NCBI GenBank assembly: GCA_030603385.1
Contig: JAUVXW010000027.1
Location: 1 to 62,666 of the forward strand
DNA from: Promethearchaeota archaeon
Lineage (GTDB): Archaea; Asgardarchaeota; Lokiarchaeia; Sigyniarchaeales; SOKP01
Length of the DNA stretch: 62,666 nucleotides
Direction of reading: 5' to 3'
Below the pieces are notes generated by a model that ran no database searches, had not been told where the DNA came from, and was given only the letters and a program-made list of their open reading frames with translations. The translations under genes were made by a program, and so were the position numbers. Below, piece after piece: positions 27,411-37,363 of this stretch (positions within the stretch are counted from its first letter, which is position 1; each line of letters starts with the position of its first letter).

Positions 27411-29666
27411 TTGGTCAACAGATTAGTTAATAGCACAAATTTTGATTTGGATTTTCATTACATTAATGAGAGAATTATAGAGTTAGAAAAGGTCTTATCT
27501 AAGTATGATATATATAATGAAAATAAGTTTAGGGAATGGTTTAAAGATTTTAGAAAAATATATGGTAAAAATGAGACAAATTTACGATTATATATTGTTT
27601 TTGCTTTAATCTATTTTGTAGGACTAGTTTTCGTAGCTAATTATATTCTTAACGAAAAGAGTTTTATTTCTAAATATAGTAAATCAATAATTAAAATAAA
27701 AGAATTAGAAGAAAAAATAGAAAACAAATTCAGAATACTTAAAATTGGTGAGATTAATTATTTTGCTCCAATTATTTCACTTTCTGAGAGAGAAGATCTA
27801 CCATTTTTTGATGAATTGATTAATAGAATCTCTAGCACCCTATTTAAATCAAATATTAATCCAGAATATATTTTTGATTATTTTATTCAAGAAATAGTAT
27901 CTCCAATTTTTAGACATAAATCAGGGGAATATTATACTCCCCCATTTTTAGTAAAGAAAATGGTCGATGAAGCTTATTCTTTTGGAGAAAAAACCCTTGA
28001 TCCTTGTTGTGGTTCAGGCAATTTTTTGGTTGGGATTATAAAATTTATATTGTCTCAAGAAAGAAGCGAAGAAGAGAAAATTTCCGCAATTAACAAGATT
28101 TATGGTTTTGATATCAATCCAATTTCTATTTATCTATCAAAAATTAATATATTATTTTTATTAAAAGATATAGCCTCTGAGATTAGTCTAAACTTGTATG
28201 CCTTTGATTTTTTGTTTCAAATAAGAAATGATTTAAATGGAAAATTTGATTTAATAATCGGAAATCCACCATGGTATACATATAGAGATGTGGATTCTAT
28301 AGAATTACAAGAAAAACTAAAGAATTTAGCAGAGAGACTAGAAATCAAACCACGCCCAAAAAATATCTTAAATCTGGAAATATCTACTTTATTCTTTTTT
28401 AAAGCAAAGAAATCTTATATGAAAAATAAAGCAAAAATCTTTTTTGTAATTACTAAGGGAGTAATTACAGGTTCTCATGCCTCTAGATTTCGTAATTTTA
28501 AAGGTTTTGGAGATATAAGGATTTGGGTATTCGATAAAAAAATCGAAAAGATATTTAATATTGATTTTATTTGCCTTTACGCGCAAAAATCACAAATTTT
28601 AGAGGAACCTTCTCTTTATGAAATTCCAGCATACCATTTTGCTTTAGAGCATAATGATATCAATATGAATAATTACAATACAATAGATTTAAAATTGAAG
28701 AAAGAAGAAATTCTTGTCCCGTTCTCAATTGAGCAAAAAGGAGAGAAAGTTTTTATTAAAAAATTAATTTCAAAAGAGAAATTGGGTGATCTACTACCAT
28801 TAAAAGAAAGTTACTATAAAGATCTTTTCCATAAAGGTGCTGATTTAAATCCAAGAAATTTAATATTTGTAAAATTTCAAAATGTTAATGACTTATTAGT
28901 GAAAATCAACCCTGATGATAGGATTTTTAAAAGAGCTAAAGCTCCATGGAACAAAAAAGAATTTGAGGACGAAATCATCGAAAAAAAATATTTATTTAAA
29001 GTACTTAAAAGTACAGAATTAGTTAAATTTCATGTATATAATTATTATGATGTATTCTTACCCCTTTTGAAAAACAATTTGAGCTTTAACTATGTTAATT
29101 TAGATAAAAATTCTAAGGAATTTTATAATAAGATTAACAATTTATACCTAAGATATAAAAAAGAGACTACCACTCATAATTCTTTGATGGAAAACTTGAA
29201 TCGTTGGTCAAAATTGATTAATTCAAGACAGACATCAAAAATCAAAGTAGTTTATAATAATTCAGGCTCAATATTAAACTCAGCAGTAATACAAGGAGAT
29301 TTCCTAATTACAGGAGACTTAAGTTTTTATAATACCACCAATCTTAATGAAGCTTACTACTTATCGGCGATCCTAAATTCAAACATTTTGACGGAACAAA
29401 TTAAAATCATGAAAAGCTCAAGGCATATATTTAAACTTCCATTTAACATTTCTATTAGAAAGTACAATTTAGAAATTTTTACTCATCAAGAGCTAGCAAA
29501 ATTGGGTAAAAAGGGGCAAGAAATTGCACTTTCTACAAGTAAAAATGCTCTCAAAAAGAATAAAGATAAGTTCTCGAAATATAAAATTCAAAATATTTTA
29601 AAGAAAGAGTTAAAGTCTGTTTTAAATCAAATTGATGAGCTTTTAATTAAAGAATTGAAACTGTAA
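27411..29666 (+). CDS. N6-adenine DNA methyltransferase with C-terminal target-recognition region
   Basis: GEYYTP, LDPCCGSGNF, GFDINP, IIGNPPW; YYLSAILNS. Confidence 0.88.
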   Translation: MVNRLVNSTNFDLDFHYINERIIELEKVLSKYDIYNENKFREWFKDFRKIYGKNETNLRLYIVFALIYFVGLVFVANYILNEKSFISKYSKSIIKIKELEEKIENKFRILKIGEINYFAPIISLSEREDLPFFDELINRISSTLFKSNINPEYIFDYFIQEIVSPIFRHKSGEYYTPPFLVKKMVDEAYSFGEKTLDPCCGSGNFLVGIIKFILSQERSEEEKISAINKIYGFDINPISIYLSKINILFLLKDIASEISLNLYAFDFLFQIRNDLNGKFDLIIGNPPWYTYRDVDSIELQEKLKNLAERLEIKPRPKNILNLEISTLFFFKAKKSYMKNKAKIFFVITKGVITGSHASRFRNFKGFGDIRIWVFDKKIEKIFNIDFICLYAQKSQILEEPSLYEIPAYHFALEHNDINMNNYNTIDLKLKKEEILVPFSIEQKGEKVFIKKLISKEKLGDLLPLKESYYKDLFHKGADLNPRNLIFVKFQNVNDLLVKINPDDRIFKRAKAPWNKKEFEDEIIEKKYLFKVLKSTELVKFHVYNYYDVFLPLLKNNLSFNYVNLDKNSKEFYNKINNLYLRYKKETTTHNSLMENLNRWSKLINSRQTSKIKVVYNNSGSILNSAVIQGDFLITGDLSFYNTTNLNEAYYLSAILNSNILTEQIKIMKSSRHIFKLPFNISIRKYNLEIFTHQELAKLGKKGQEIALSTSKNALKKNKDKFSKYKIQNILKKELKSVLNQIDELLIKELKL

Positions 29667-29839
29667 TGTAACCTAAAATCAATAATAAAAATTAAAGCAT
29701 AACTTATTTGGCTTCACTAGATTGTATAATAAATGTTAAAAATTGAAGGGTAGAAAATTTAGACGTACTAAAATAAATAGGAGTCTTAATTTTTATAACA
29801 TATTATATACCTATTCACAAATAATTAAAATAAAAACAA

Positions 29840-30358
29840 ATGCGTAATTATTTATTTAAAATATTACTAACTGGTGAAGGTGGAGTAGGAAAAACTTCAC
29901 TCTTAAGAAGGTACGTAGATGGTTTTTTCGACGATAGTACAATTATGACAGTTGGCGTAGAATTCTTTATCAAAGAAATCACCTTCGATGACGTTCACTG
30001 TTCATTGCAACTTTGGGATTTAGGAGGGCAAAAAAGATTCAGATATCTCCTTGAGAATTATGTCATGGGAGCTCGAGGTGCACTCTTGCTATTTGATTTA
30101 ACTAGAATGCCAAAAATCGGTGTTATACTTGAATGGGTTAATATCGCTAGACTTCATGATATAAATTTACCAATCATATTAGTTGGGTCTAAAAACGATT
30201 TAGAAGATTTAATGGCTGTAGATGATGAAAGTGCTCTTCATATCAAGAATGCGTTTAATATGATTGATTATATAAAAACATCGGCTAAATCGGATTATAA
30301 TGTCGAATTACCTTTTGAAATTTTAGCTAGAAAATTAATTGATGTTAGTAGATATTAA
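29840..30358 (+). CDS. Rab-like small GTPase
   Basis: GEGGVGKTS, TVGVEF, WDLGGQKRF, SKND, SAK; no C-terminal Cys motif. Confidence 0.92.
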   Translation: MRNYLFKILLTGEGGVGKTSLLRRYVDGFFDDSTIMTVGVEFFIKEITFDDVHCSLQLWDLGGQKRFRYLLENYVMGARGALLLFDLTRMPKIGVILEWVNIARLHDINLPIILVGSKNDLEDLMAVDDESALHIKNAFNMIDYIKTSAKSDYNVELPFEILARKLIDVSRY

Positions 30359-30382
30359 GCTAAAAATTATTTTTACATAATC

Positions 30383-31189
30383 ATGAAGGATGAAATTGTC
30401 ATACTTGGATCTGGTGGAGGAAGGCATCATATCCGAACTCAGCATCGTGCTACAGGGGGTTTCTTATTTAAATTCAATGGAATACAAGCTCATATAGATC
30501 CTGGACCTGGAGCAATGGTTAGACTCACTCAATATAAGGAGGATCCTGTTAAAACTGAGCTGTTTGTCGTAACTCATGCACATGTAGATCATTACAATGA
30601 TATTAACGCAATTATAGAAAGTTCAAGAGAAATAATACATGATAAGAATTATAACTACTATAAAAAGGGAATATTAATTACCACTCTTGAGGTGATTAAT
30701 TTAATCCAAGAATATCATCTGAATATGCTTGAACAAATCGTGAGATTTAAAGCAGGTGATAAGCTGAATTACAAAGGTGTTGAAATTGTTGGAACTAAGG
30801 CTATTCACTCACCCGTTAATGAAAGTTTTGGCATAAAATTTAATCTTAAAGAATATTCTTTAGCTTATACTAGCGATACTAAGGTATTTGAGGATTTTTC
30901 GAACCAATTTTCAGGTGTAAACATTCTTATTCTCAATCTTTTACGTCCTGATTCTATAACTTGTAAAAGGCATTTATGTACTGATGAGGTTATTCCTTAT
31001 TTAAATAAAATCGATCCACCATTAGATTGTCTGATTATAACTCATTTTGGCTCCTACATGGATGGTCCACGCTCAAAAAGGAATTTTGTTCCAAGTCAGG
31101 TAAACAAATTGCAGGAACAAACAAATATCAAGAAAATAATTGCAGCTGAAGATGGGTTAAAATTAAAAATAGATGAGTTAATAATCTAA
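30383..31189 (+). CDS. MBL-fold metallo-hydrolase
   Basis: LGSGGGR, IDPGPG, THAHVDH, YTSDT, ITHFG. Confidence 0.88.
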   Translation: MKDEIVILGSGGGRHHIRTQHRATGGFLFKFNGIQAHIDPGPGAMVRLTQYKEDPVKTELFVVTHAHVDHYNDINAIIESSREIIHDKNYNYYKKGILITTLEVINLIQEYHLNMLEQIVRFKAGDKLNYKGVEIVGTKAIHSPVNESFGIKFNLKEYSLAYTSDTKVFEDFSNQFSGVNILILNLLRPDSITCKRHLCTDEVIPYLNKIDPPLDCLIITHFGSYMDGPRSKRNFVPSQVNKLQEQTNIKKIIAAEDGLKLKIDELII

Positions 31190-31259
31190 TCTACAAAGTC
31201 TTCTTCTTAATTCTTAAAGGAATTGCCATCATCTAAGAGAAGTATATTTTAAAAGAAAA

Positions 31260-31410
31260 GGCAAGGGAAAATAGAAATCCGCGCCAAATTAATAAAATCA
31301 GGGAGAGAATTAAACTCAAGAGAGTTTAATAGAGGGCATAATCAGAGCCGAGAAATCCGGACTCTTGAAATCCAATGTTTACGCAGATTATCTAGTTAAA
31401 TTTCCCTTCC
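31260..31410 (-). ncRNA. Candidate ~150-nt structured non-coding RNA
   Basis: 5'/3' ends pair (AAGGGAAA/UUUCCCUU, UAGA/UCUA, AAUCUGCGU/GCGCGGAUU); two internal hairpins; upstream TTTTTAAA; downstream U-tract. Confidence 0.6.
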
Positions 31411-31432
31411 TACATTTAATTAGGATTTCTAC

Positions 31433-31440
31433 TTTAAAAA
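31433..31440 (-). promoter_or_regulatory. Putative TATA box of the ncRNA candidate
   Basis: TTTTTAAA about 23-30 nt upstream of the predicted 5' end; weak in an AT-rich background. Confidence 0.4.
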
Positions 31441-32049
31441 TCAACTGATTATATTTTATATATGTTCTTATATAACGTAATATGAATATACACAAAAAGA
31501 AATGGTTTTTATAACAAATAATATTCCAAAATTATTATCGCCATTAGTTCAAATTACGACAAAATCTAATTTAATTTCTTTAGTATATTGATTTTTATTT
31601 TGAGTTATACAGAGATTTAATTGTTATGATATAAATATAGTAAACATTTCAAAATATTATTCAGCAGAAATCCAGTGGCGACAAACGATACATTGAAGGA
31701 TTTGTTGAAATTCAATTTCATTAGAATTGTTAGTACGAATTTTTCTCGTGATCATTACATTGCCGCACTTATTACATATAGTTAGGTCTTTTGGTTTTAA
31801 TTTAGGTGCGGACACGTATCATACCACAGTTATCTGATTATTCGAATTAAAAATTCAATTACAAAATTTACCTATTAAAATATAGTTTTGCCGATAAAAC
31901 AACCCTTATTTAGAATATTAATAACTTTTTAATTATTTAAATATGTTTTTTAGTAAAAATTTTTAGATTTCCGTATATATTAAGTTTTAAATTATACTAA
32001 AAATGAGTCAAAATGAAGATTCTATGCAAATTCAAACTATTTAACTTGT

Positions 32050-32967
32050 TTAAATTGAAATCTCCTTATTTTCTTCTGTATTATTCGTATTTTTAAAAAC
32101 GGTTATAAGAATTGCAACAAAAATCAACCCACAACCTACCCAACCAAATGCTGATAGGATTTCATTTCCAATAAGGAATCCAAATAATGCAGCAAAAACA
32201 GGTTCAAGAGAAAATATGATTGCTGTTTGACTGGGCCCGACATGTTGTTGACTCCAATTTTGAAATAGGATTGTTAATGTCATAACTCCAATTCCCATAT
32301 AAGTCATTACATACCAAAAATCAGGAGAATATGAGAATGACCCATAAGATTCTTGAATCAAAAATGAACAGATAAACCCTGTAGAACATATCACGGCAAT
32401 TTGAACAATCGAATAATTATAGATATCTACAAGCCGAACGAATTTATCATTATAAATAATATAAAATGCCCAAAAAAATGCACAAATTAAGACTATTAAA
32501 TCGCCAATAATTATTCCAGAGGCACCTTCTAATAATAAAAAGGCCATACCCCCAATAGATAAGATAACAGCTGCCCAAATTCTTTTGTTTAGTGGCTTTT
32601 TAAATCCAAGCCATGCAATAAAAGGCACAACAATAACACTCAAGCCAGTAATAAAGCCTGTTTTCCCTGCTGTTGTCGTTTGAAGCCCAATTGTTTGAAT
32701 CGCAAAACCAAAAAAATAAAGCATTCCAGTTCCCAAACCCATTAAAAGAATCCTCTTATTAAGGTATTTTAGGTGAGGGAAGAATGGTATAAAGCCTATA
32801 AGAGCAATTGCGAATCTTAGGCCTATATAAAAAAAGATAGGGACATCTTCAGTAATGTTTTTCGTGATAATAAAAGATGTACCCCATAATATTGTAGTCA
32901 TGATCAATAAAAATATCGCAATTTTACTTCGTTCAGACGACATCTTAGATTTTGTACTTTCTGCCAT
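32050..32967 (-). CDS. DMT/EamA family transporter
   Basis: LWGTSF, GLQTTTAGKTGFITGL, GDLIVL, IIFSLEPVFA; about 10 TM segments. Confidence 0.9.
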   Translation of the reverse strand: MAESTKSKMSSERSKIAIFLLIMTTILWGTSFIITKNITEDVPIFFYIGLRFAIALIGFIPFFPHLKYLNKRILLMGLGTGMLYFFGFAIQTIGLQTTTAGKTGFITGLSVIVVPFIAWLGFKKPLNKRIWAAVILSIGGMAFLLLEGASGIIIGDLIVLICAFFWAFYIIYNDKFVRLVDIYNYSIVQIAVICSTGFICSFLIQESYGSFSYSPDFWYVMTYMGIGVMTLTILFQNWSQQHVGPSQTAIIFSLEPVFAALFGFLIGNEILSAFGWVGCGLIFVAILITVFKNTNNTEENKEISI

Positions 32968-33251
32968 AACGTATTTAATTAAGCTTTAGGTAATTGTTGA
33001 AAACAAAATAAGAATATAAATTATTCTGAATATCTTCTTTAATTGAAAGTTAAAGTAAAATATTATGTATCTTCTTCCATTTCTCTTGAAAGAGGATAAT
33101 TTACCATAAGATCTTACTTAAGCTCGGGAGAATTCAACTAATCGAAGTATGGATAAAATGAAAAAAAAGTATAACTAAAGTAAAGAAAACACGAGGAAAC
33201 TTTTTTGATTTTTTTAATTATATGAATGCTTCTGAGAGGATTTACTATTGG

Positions 33252-34136
33252 TTATTGATTTTCATAAAGGGAAGATCCTGCTTTCATAAAACGATTCAGG
33301 TGCCGCATTGAAGCTATTTTTTTTCCAGTCTCTTTTTCTTCTAAAAAAGTATCAATCCAGTAGTACTCTGTCTTGCGACTTACACCAACACAGGCAATTT
33401 TTCCAGTTGCTATATATGGAATTCCAACCATTGCTGGTCCTGCAATATTTTTCACTTCAGTAGCTCCGTAAAAAGGCACAGCATTACTTCTTGCGGTATC
33501 TAATGTATTAGAACCTAGAGACATAACACCAAACATGGCAGTAGGTGATAATATAGAATTCCCCCATGGTGATTCTCCTTTATAATAATCCAGATGATCT
33601 GTTATAGCTTTTAATCCTTTATCTGCAACATCTTGAGTTACTAATACACCTTGTGATATAAGATCATCTCCTACCTTAAATCCTGATAAAATACGTAGAT
33701 CCTCAGGTTTACTGTTTTTAAGTTCTAAAGCACGTATGTAAGATAAATCCTCTGGTTCTCCCAATGCTAATGTTCCCGTAGCAACTACTTTGCCATCCCG
33801 CATCTCTATCCGAGCTTCAACCTGAATGTCTTGAGCACCCTCAGGTGGCATCTTAACAACTGCCCTTACTTCTTCTTTGTCAGTTGTAGCAAATGTATAA
33901 TACAGACTTAACGATCCCTTCTCAAACCATCTATCCCCAAACATCTTGAGAGCTACAGGTGCGAACAAACTTAAGTGGATTGTTCCCGGAATCGTACCGC
34001 CACGCATACCAACCTTTTTCGCTACGCTATCATCGTGAATTGATGTTGTCATACCTCTCCACAGGTTTTCTGGTGCTCTCCAACCACCATACATCCATCC
34101 TTCTTTAATTGTTATATCATCCATTATATTCATCAT
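33252..34136 (-). CDS. Probable double hot-dog (MaoC-like) fold protein
   Basis: SIHDDSVAKKVGMRGGTIPG hydratase-like motif; second half SPWG...P. Confidence 0.6.
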   Translation of the reverse strand: MMNIMDDITIKEGWMYGGWRAPENLWRGMTTSIHDDSVAKKVGMRGGTIPGTIHLSLFAPVALKMFGDRWFEKGSLSLYYTFATTDKEEVRAVVKMPPEGAQDIQVEARIEMRDGKVVATGTLALGEPEDLSYIRALELKNSKPEDLRILSGFKVGDDLISQGVLVTQDVADKGLKAITDHLDYYKGESPWGNSILSPTAMFGVMSLGSNTLDTARSNAVPFYGATEVKNIAGPAMVGIPYIATGKIACVGVSRKTEYYWIDTFLEEKETGKKIASMRHLNRFMKAGSSLYENQ

Positions 34137-34367
34137 CTTTTTATCATATGATAAATACCCTAATAAGTTTTTTGATAAATCCTATTCACATTGAAAGCTT
34201 AAGAAATAGATCTTCTTCCCCAACCTCTTTAAATATTGTATCAATAAATCATACTCCAATTAAATATTGAACAAATATATAAAGTCTTAAATACTAAAAA
34301 AAAGAATTTTTATTTTAATATTTAATTTAATCCAATTTGTAATTTCATTTATTAAATTGAAACTAAG

Positions 34368-35051
34368 GTGTCAAAGTTGAAAAATATTAAAAAAGTAATA
34401 ATAGGTTTGTTTATCGTTTTGTTATTCATCCCGTTTTTTAGTCACAATGCGATAGGTGCTACTACTATAGGAGCTACAACCTTTCCAGCTGATGTTGGAA
34501 AAACATATACATGGAAATATACTTATCCTACTCAAGTTAAAGGCGCGAAACTTACCTTTAAATCCGAATCAATAGAGCAAGGTGTATATCTTTCTATAGA
34601 TGCATTAATTGTATATTTTACAATGAGAGGATATATGCCTGGGATGGGATGGCTAACTGTTGTAGATAATGAATTATATTTGGCTGCTAATAACACTCAA
34701 AATTATCTTGCCTTTGGAGATATCATTATCATGCACGCAGTTGTAATACCAACACCTATAAATCTAACATTAGTAGCTGAAGTGCTTGAAAGCATGGAAT
34801 ATGCTGATAGCTCTTCTATTGTTGGTAATACAATTATTTTAGACTATTGGGGTGGAGATACAATAAATTTTACCTATAATACTAATGGTTTTTTGACTTC
34901 ATATGAATCGATATGGGATGGAGAACTAGAGATGAAATTTGTCTTAGATACTGGTGGTGATGCTGCAGTTCCTTTTGGGAATTATTTCTTAATTTTTATG
35001 GTCATCAGTGTTATAGCATTAGTATATCTTAAAAAGCAGAAAATTAAATAA
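34368..35051 (+). CDS. Secreted surface protein with C-terminal sorting signal (Loki-CTERM-like)
   Basis: Signal peptide; ends VPFGNY + TM helix + KKQKIK. Confidence 0.7.
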   Translation: MSKLKNIKKVIIGLFIVLLFIPFFSHNAIGATTIGATTFPADVGKTYTWKYTYPTQVKGAKLTFKSESIEQGVYLSIDALIVYFTMRGYMPGMGWLTVVDNELYLAANNTQNYLAFGDIIIMHAVVIPTPINLTLVAEVLESMEYADSSSIVGNTIILDYWGGDTINFTYNTNGFLTSYESIWDGELEMKFVLDTGGDAAVPFGNYFLIFMVISVIALVYLKKQKIK

Positions 35052-35347
35052 TTTTTTTTTTTTTAATTTAAAAGATTTTTAAGAATCTTTTTTTAAAGGA
35101 TTTTAGATTTCCGAAATTTTATTTTTAGCCAAATCTAATACCTCTAATCTTATGAGATTTTCTAAACCTTTTATCTCTGTAATCTCGTTTTTTGTATCAA
35201 AAATATACAATTTTAGTATATTTTATGCGACTCATGCATAATTACTATATTTAATATTTATATTGGAGATATTCATATTAAAAACAATTGTATAATTTAC
35301 GCAAAATATGCCCATGAAGCATATTATAGGAAAAATTAGGTGATATT

Positions 35348-36820
35348 TTGACTAAAACATATACAGAAATTAATGAAAAAATTAAAAATGGGGATGTAGT
35401 GGTATTAACTGCTGAAGAAATGGTAAAATATGTGGAAGATAATGGAGTTAAAGTGGCTGCTAAGGAGATCGATGTTGTAACAACTGGAACTTTCGGTCCG
35501 ATGTGTTCTAGTGGAGCATTTTTGAATTTTGGGCACTCTGATCCTCCTATTAAATTTGAGCATTTATGGTTAAATGATGTACATGCATACCATGGAAATG
35601 CTGCTGTTGATTGTTATATTGGTTGCACTAGAATGTCAGATGTAAAGCGCTTTGAATATGGTGGTGGTCATGTGATTGAGGATCTTGTTGCAGGGAAGCC
35701 TATACGATTAAGAGGCAATTCTTATACAACGGATTGTTATCCCCTCGCAGAAGTAGATACACAATTTACTATAGACGAAATAAATCAGGCAATTTTATGT
35801 AACCCGAGAAATGCATATCAAAGATATGTTTGTGCTGTGAATAGCTCTGATAAAACTTTATATACATATATGGGCAAATTATTGCCTCATTATGGAAATG
35901 CTAATTATGCTGGAGCAGGATGCCTAAGTCCATTAAGTAACGATCCGGATTATGAAACTATAGGAATTGGAACTAGAATATTCTTAGGTGGGGGAATTGG
36001 ATATATAATTGGCGAAGGTACTCAACATAGCCCAACCAATCAATTTGGAACATTATTTGTCAAGGGTGATTTAAAACAAATGAGTGCTGAATATTTACGA
36101 GGTGTATCTTATGAAAATTATGGCACGTCTTTATTTGTAGGTCTTGGAATACCAATCCCTATTTTAAATGAAGGCTTAGCTAAAAAAACTGCAATTAGTG
36201 ATGAGGAACTTTTTACTGATATCGTAGATTATGGAATACCAAGGAGAGATCGCCCAAAACTGAGACGAATTAACTATAAAGAATTGAGAAGTGAATATAT
36301 AGAATTGGATGGTAAAAAAGTAAAATGTTCATCGTTATCTTCATTTTATCATTCTCGTAAAATAGCAAATACTCTCAAAAAATGGATTCAAGATGGAAAA
36401 TTCTATTTAAATCCTCCTGCCGAAACACTACCAACGGATACAGTCTTTAAACCAATGAAACAAATTATAAAATTAAAATTTGTAAAGGATTTGAAGAAAA
36501 AAGCAGAAATCTGCTATGAGGATTGTGATATTAAAGTAGTTGCCCAAAAAATAATTAGTGGAAATGTTAACCATATTGTAATCACTGATAGAGAGAATAA
36601 CTTAAAAGGGATTGTAACAAGTTTCGATATTACTAAGGCAATTGCGAATGAAAAAAATGATTTAAATTCAATTATTACTAAACGTGTGGTTACAACATTT
36701 AATGATGAGCCAATAGGAAATGCTGCAAGAAAAATGAGACAAAATAATATTTCTGCGTTACCTGTTATTGATAAAAACAAAAAAGTAGTCGGAATAATCA
36801 CATCGGAGGAGTTGATGTAA
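35348..36820 (+). CDS. L-aspartate semialdehyde sulfurtransferase (homocysteine biosynthesis; DUF39 + CBS pair)
   Basis: DVVTTGTFGPMCSSGA, YGGGHVIEDL, NPRNAYQ, GTQH; C-terminal CBS domains. Confidence 0.9.
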   Translation: MTKTYTEINEKIKNGDVVVLTAEEMVKYVEDNGVKVAAKEIDVVTTGTFGPMCSSGAFLNFGHSDPPIKFEHLWLNDVHAYHGNAAVDCYIGCTRMSDVKRFEYGGGHVIEDLVAGKPIRLRGNSYTTDCYPLAEVDTQFTIDEINQAILCNPRNAYQRYVCAVNSSDKTLYTYMGKLLPHYGNANYAGAGCLSPLSNDPDYETIGIGTRIFLGGGIGYIIGEGTQHSPTNQFGTLFVKGDLKQMSAEYLRGVSYENYGTSLFVGLGIPIPILNEGLAKKTAISDEELFTDIVDYGIPRRDRPKLRRINYKELRSEYIELDGKKVKCSSLSSFYHSRKIANTLKKWIQDGKFYLNPPAETLPTDTVFKPMKQIIKLKFVKDLKKKAEICYEDCDIKVVAQKIISGNVNHIVITDRENNLKGIVTSFDITKAIANEKNDLNSIITKRVVTTFNDEPIGNAARKMRQNNISALPVIDKNKKVVGIITSEELM

Positions 36821-36823
36821 AAG

Positions 36824-37219
36824 ATGACGATTATTAATATATCGATTCCCTTCGGATTAGTTAAGGATATTGATGATTATTCGAAAATTGTCAATGACAT
36901 TCTCAAGCACGATATCACTTTTAATATTTTAAAATTTTCCACAGGTTCAGCGGGAATAAATGTGTTATTGGATATTCCTGAAGAAAAAGTAGCAGCAATA
37001 ACTGAATCACTGATAAAAGGAAATATTATTGTAAACAAAAAAGGTCGGGTAATAGTTGATATTGAGATGTGTATTGATTGTGGAGCCTGTATCTCTCTAT
37101 GTCCGACAGACGCTTTACATTTTAATAAGGAAGAAAGGTTAGAGTTTTCATACGAGAAGTGTATTGGTTGTCTTTTATGTTTAGACTCATGTCCAAGGTA
37201 TGCTATTGAAGAAATGTAA
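36824..37219 (+). CDS. NIL domain + 2[4Fe-4S] ferredoxin, partner of the sulfurtransferase
   Basis: CIDCGACISLCP and CIGCLLCLDSCP; starts 3 nt after the DUF39 gene. Confidence 0.85.
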   Translation: MTIINISIPFGLVKDIDDYSKIVNDILKHDITFNILKFSTGSAGINVLLDIPEEKVAAITESLIKGNIIVNKKGRVIVDIEMCIDCGACISLCPTDALHFNKEERLEFSYEKCIGCLLCLDSCPRYAIEEM

Positions 37220-37363
37220 AATTTTCTTTCTTATTATTCTTTTGATATGATTTCGAATTAATAAAGGAATTATTAAATATCTACAAATCAAATATATTAG
37301 AAATGATATAGTAAAAATTATATCTTTTTGGAGAAATAATTTAAAAGTGAAATCATTGTGAGA

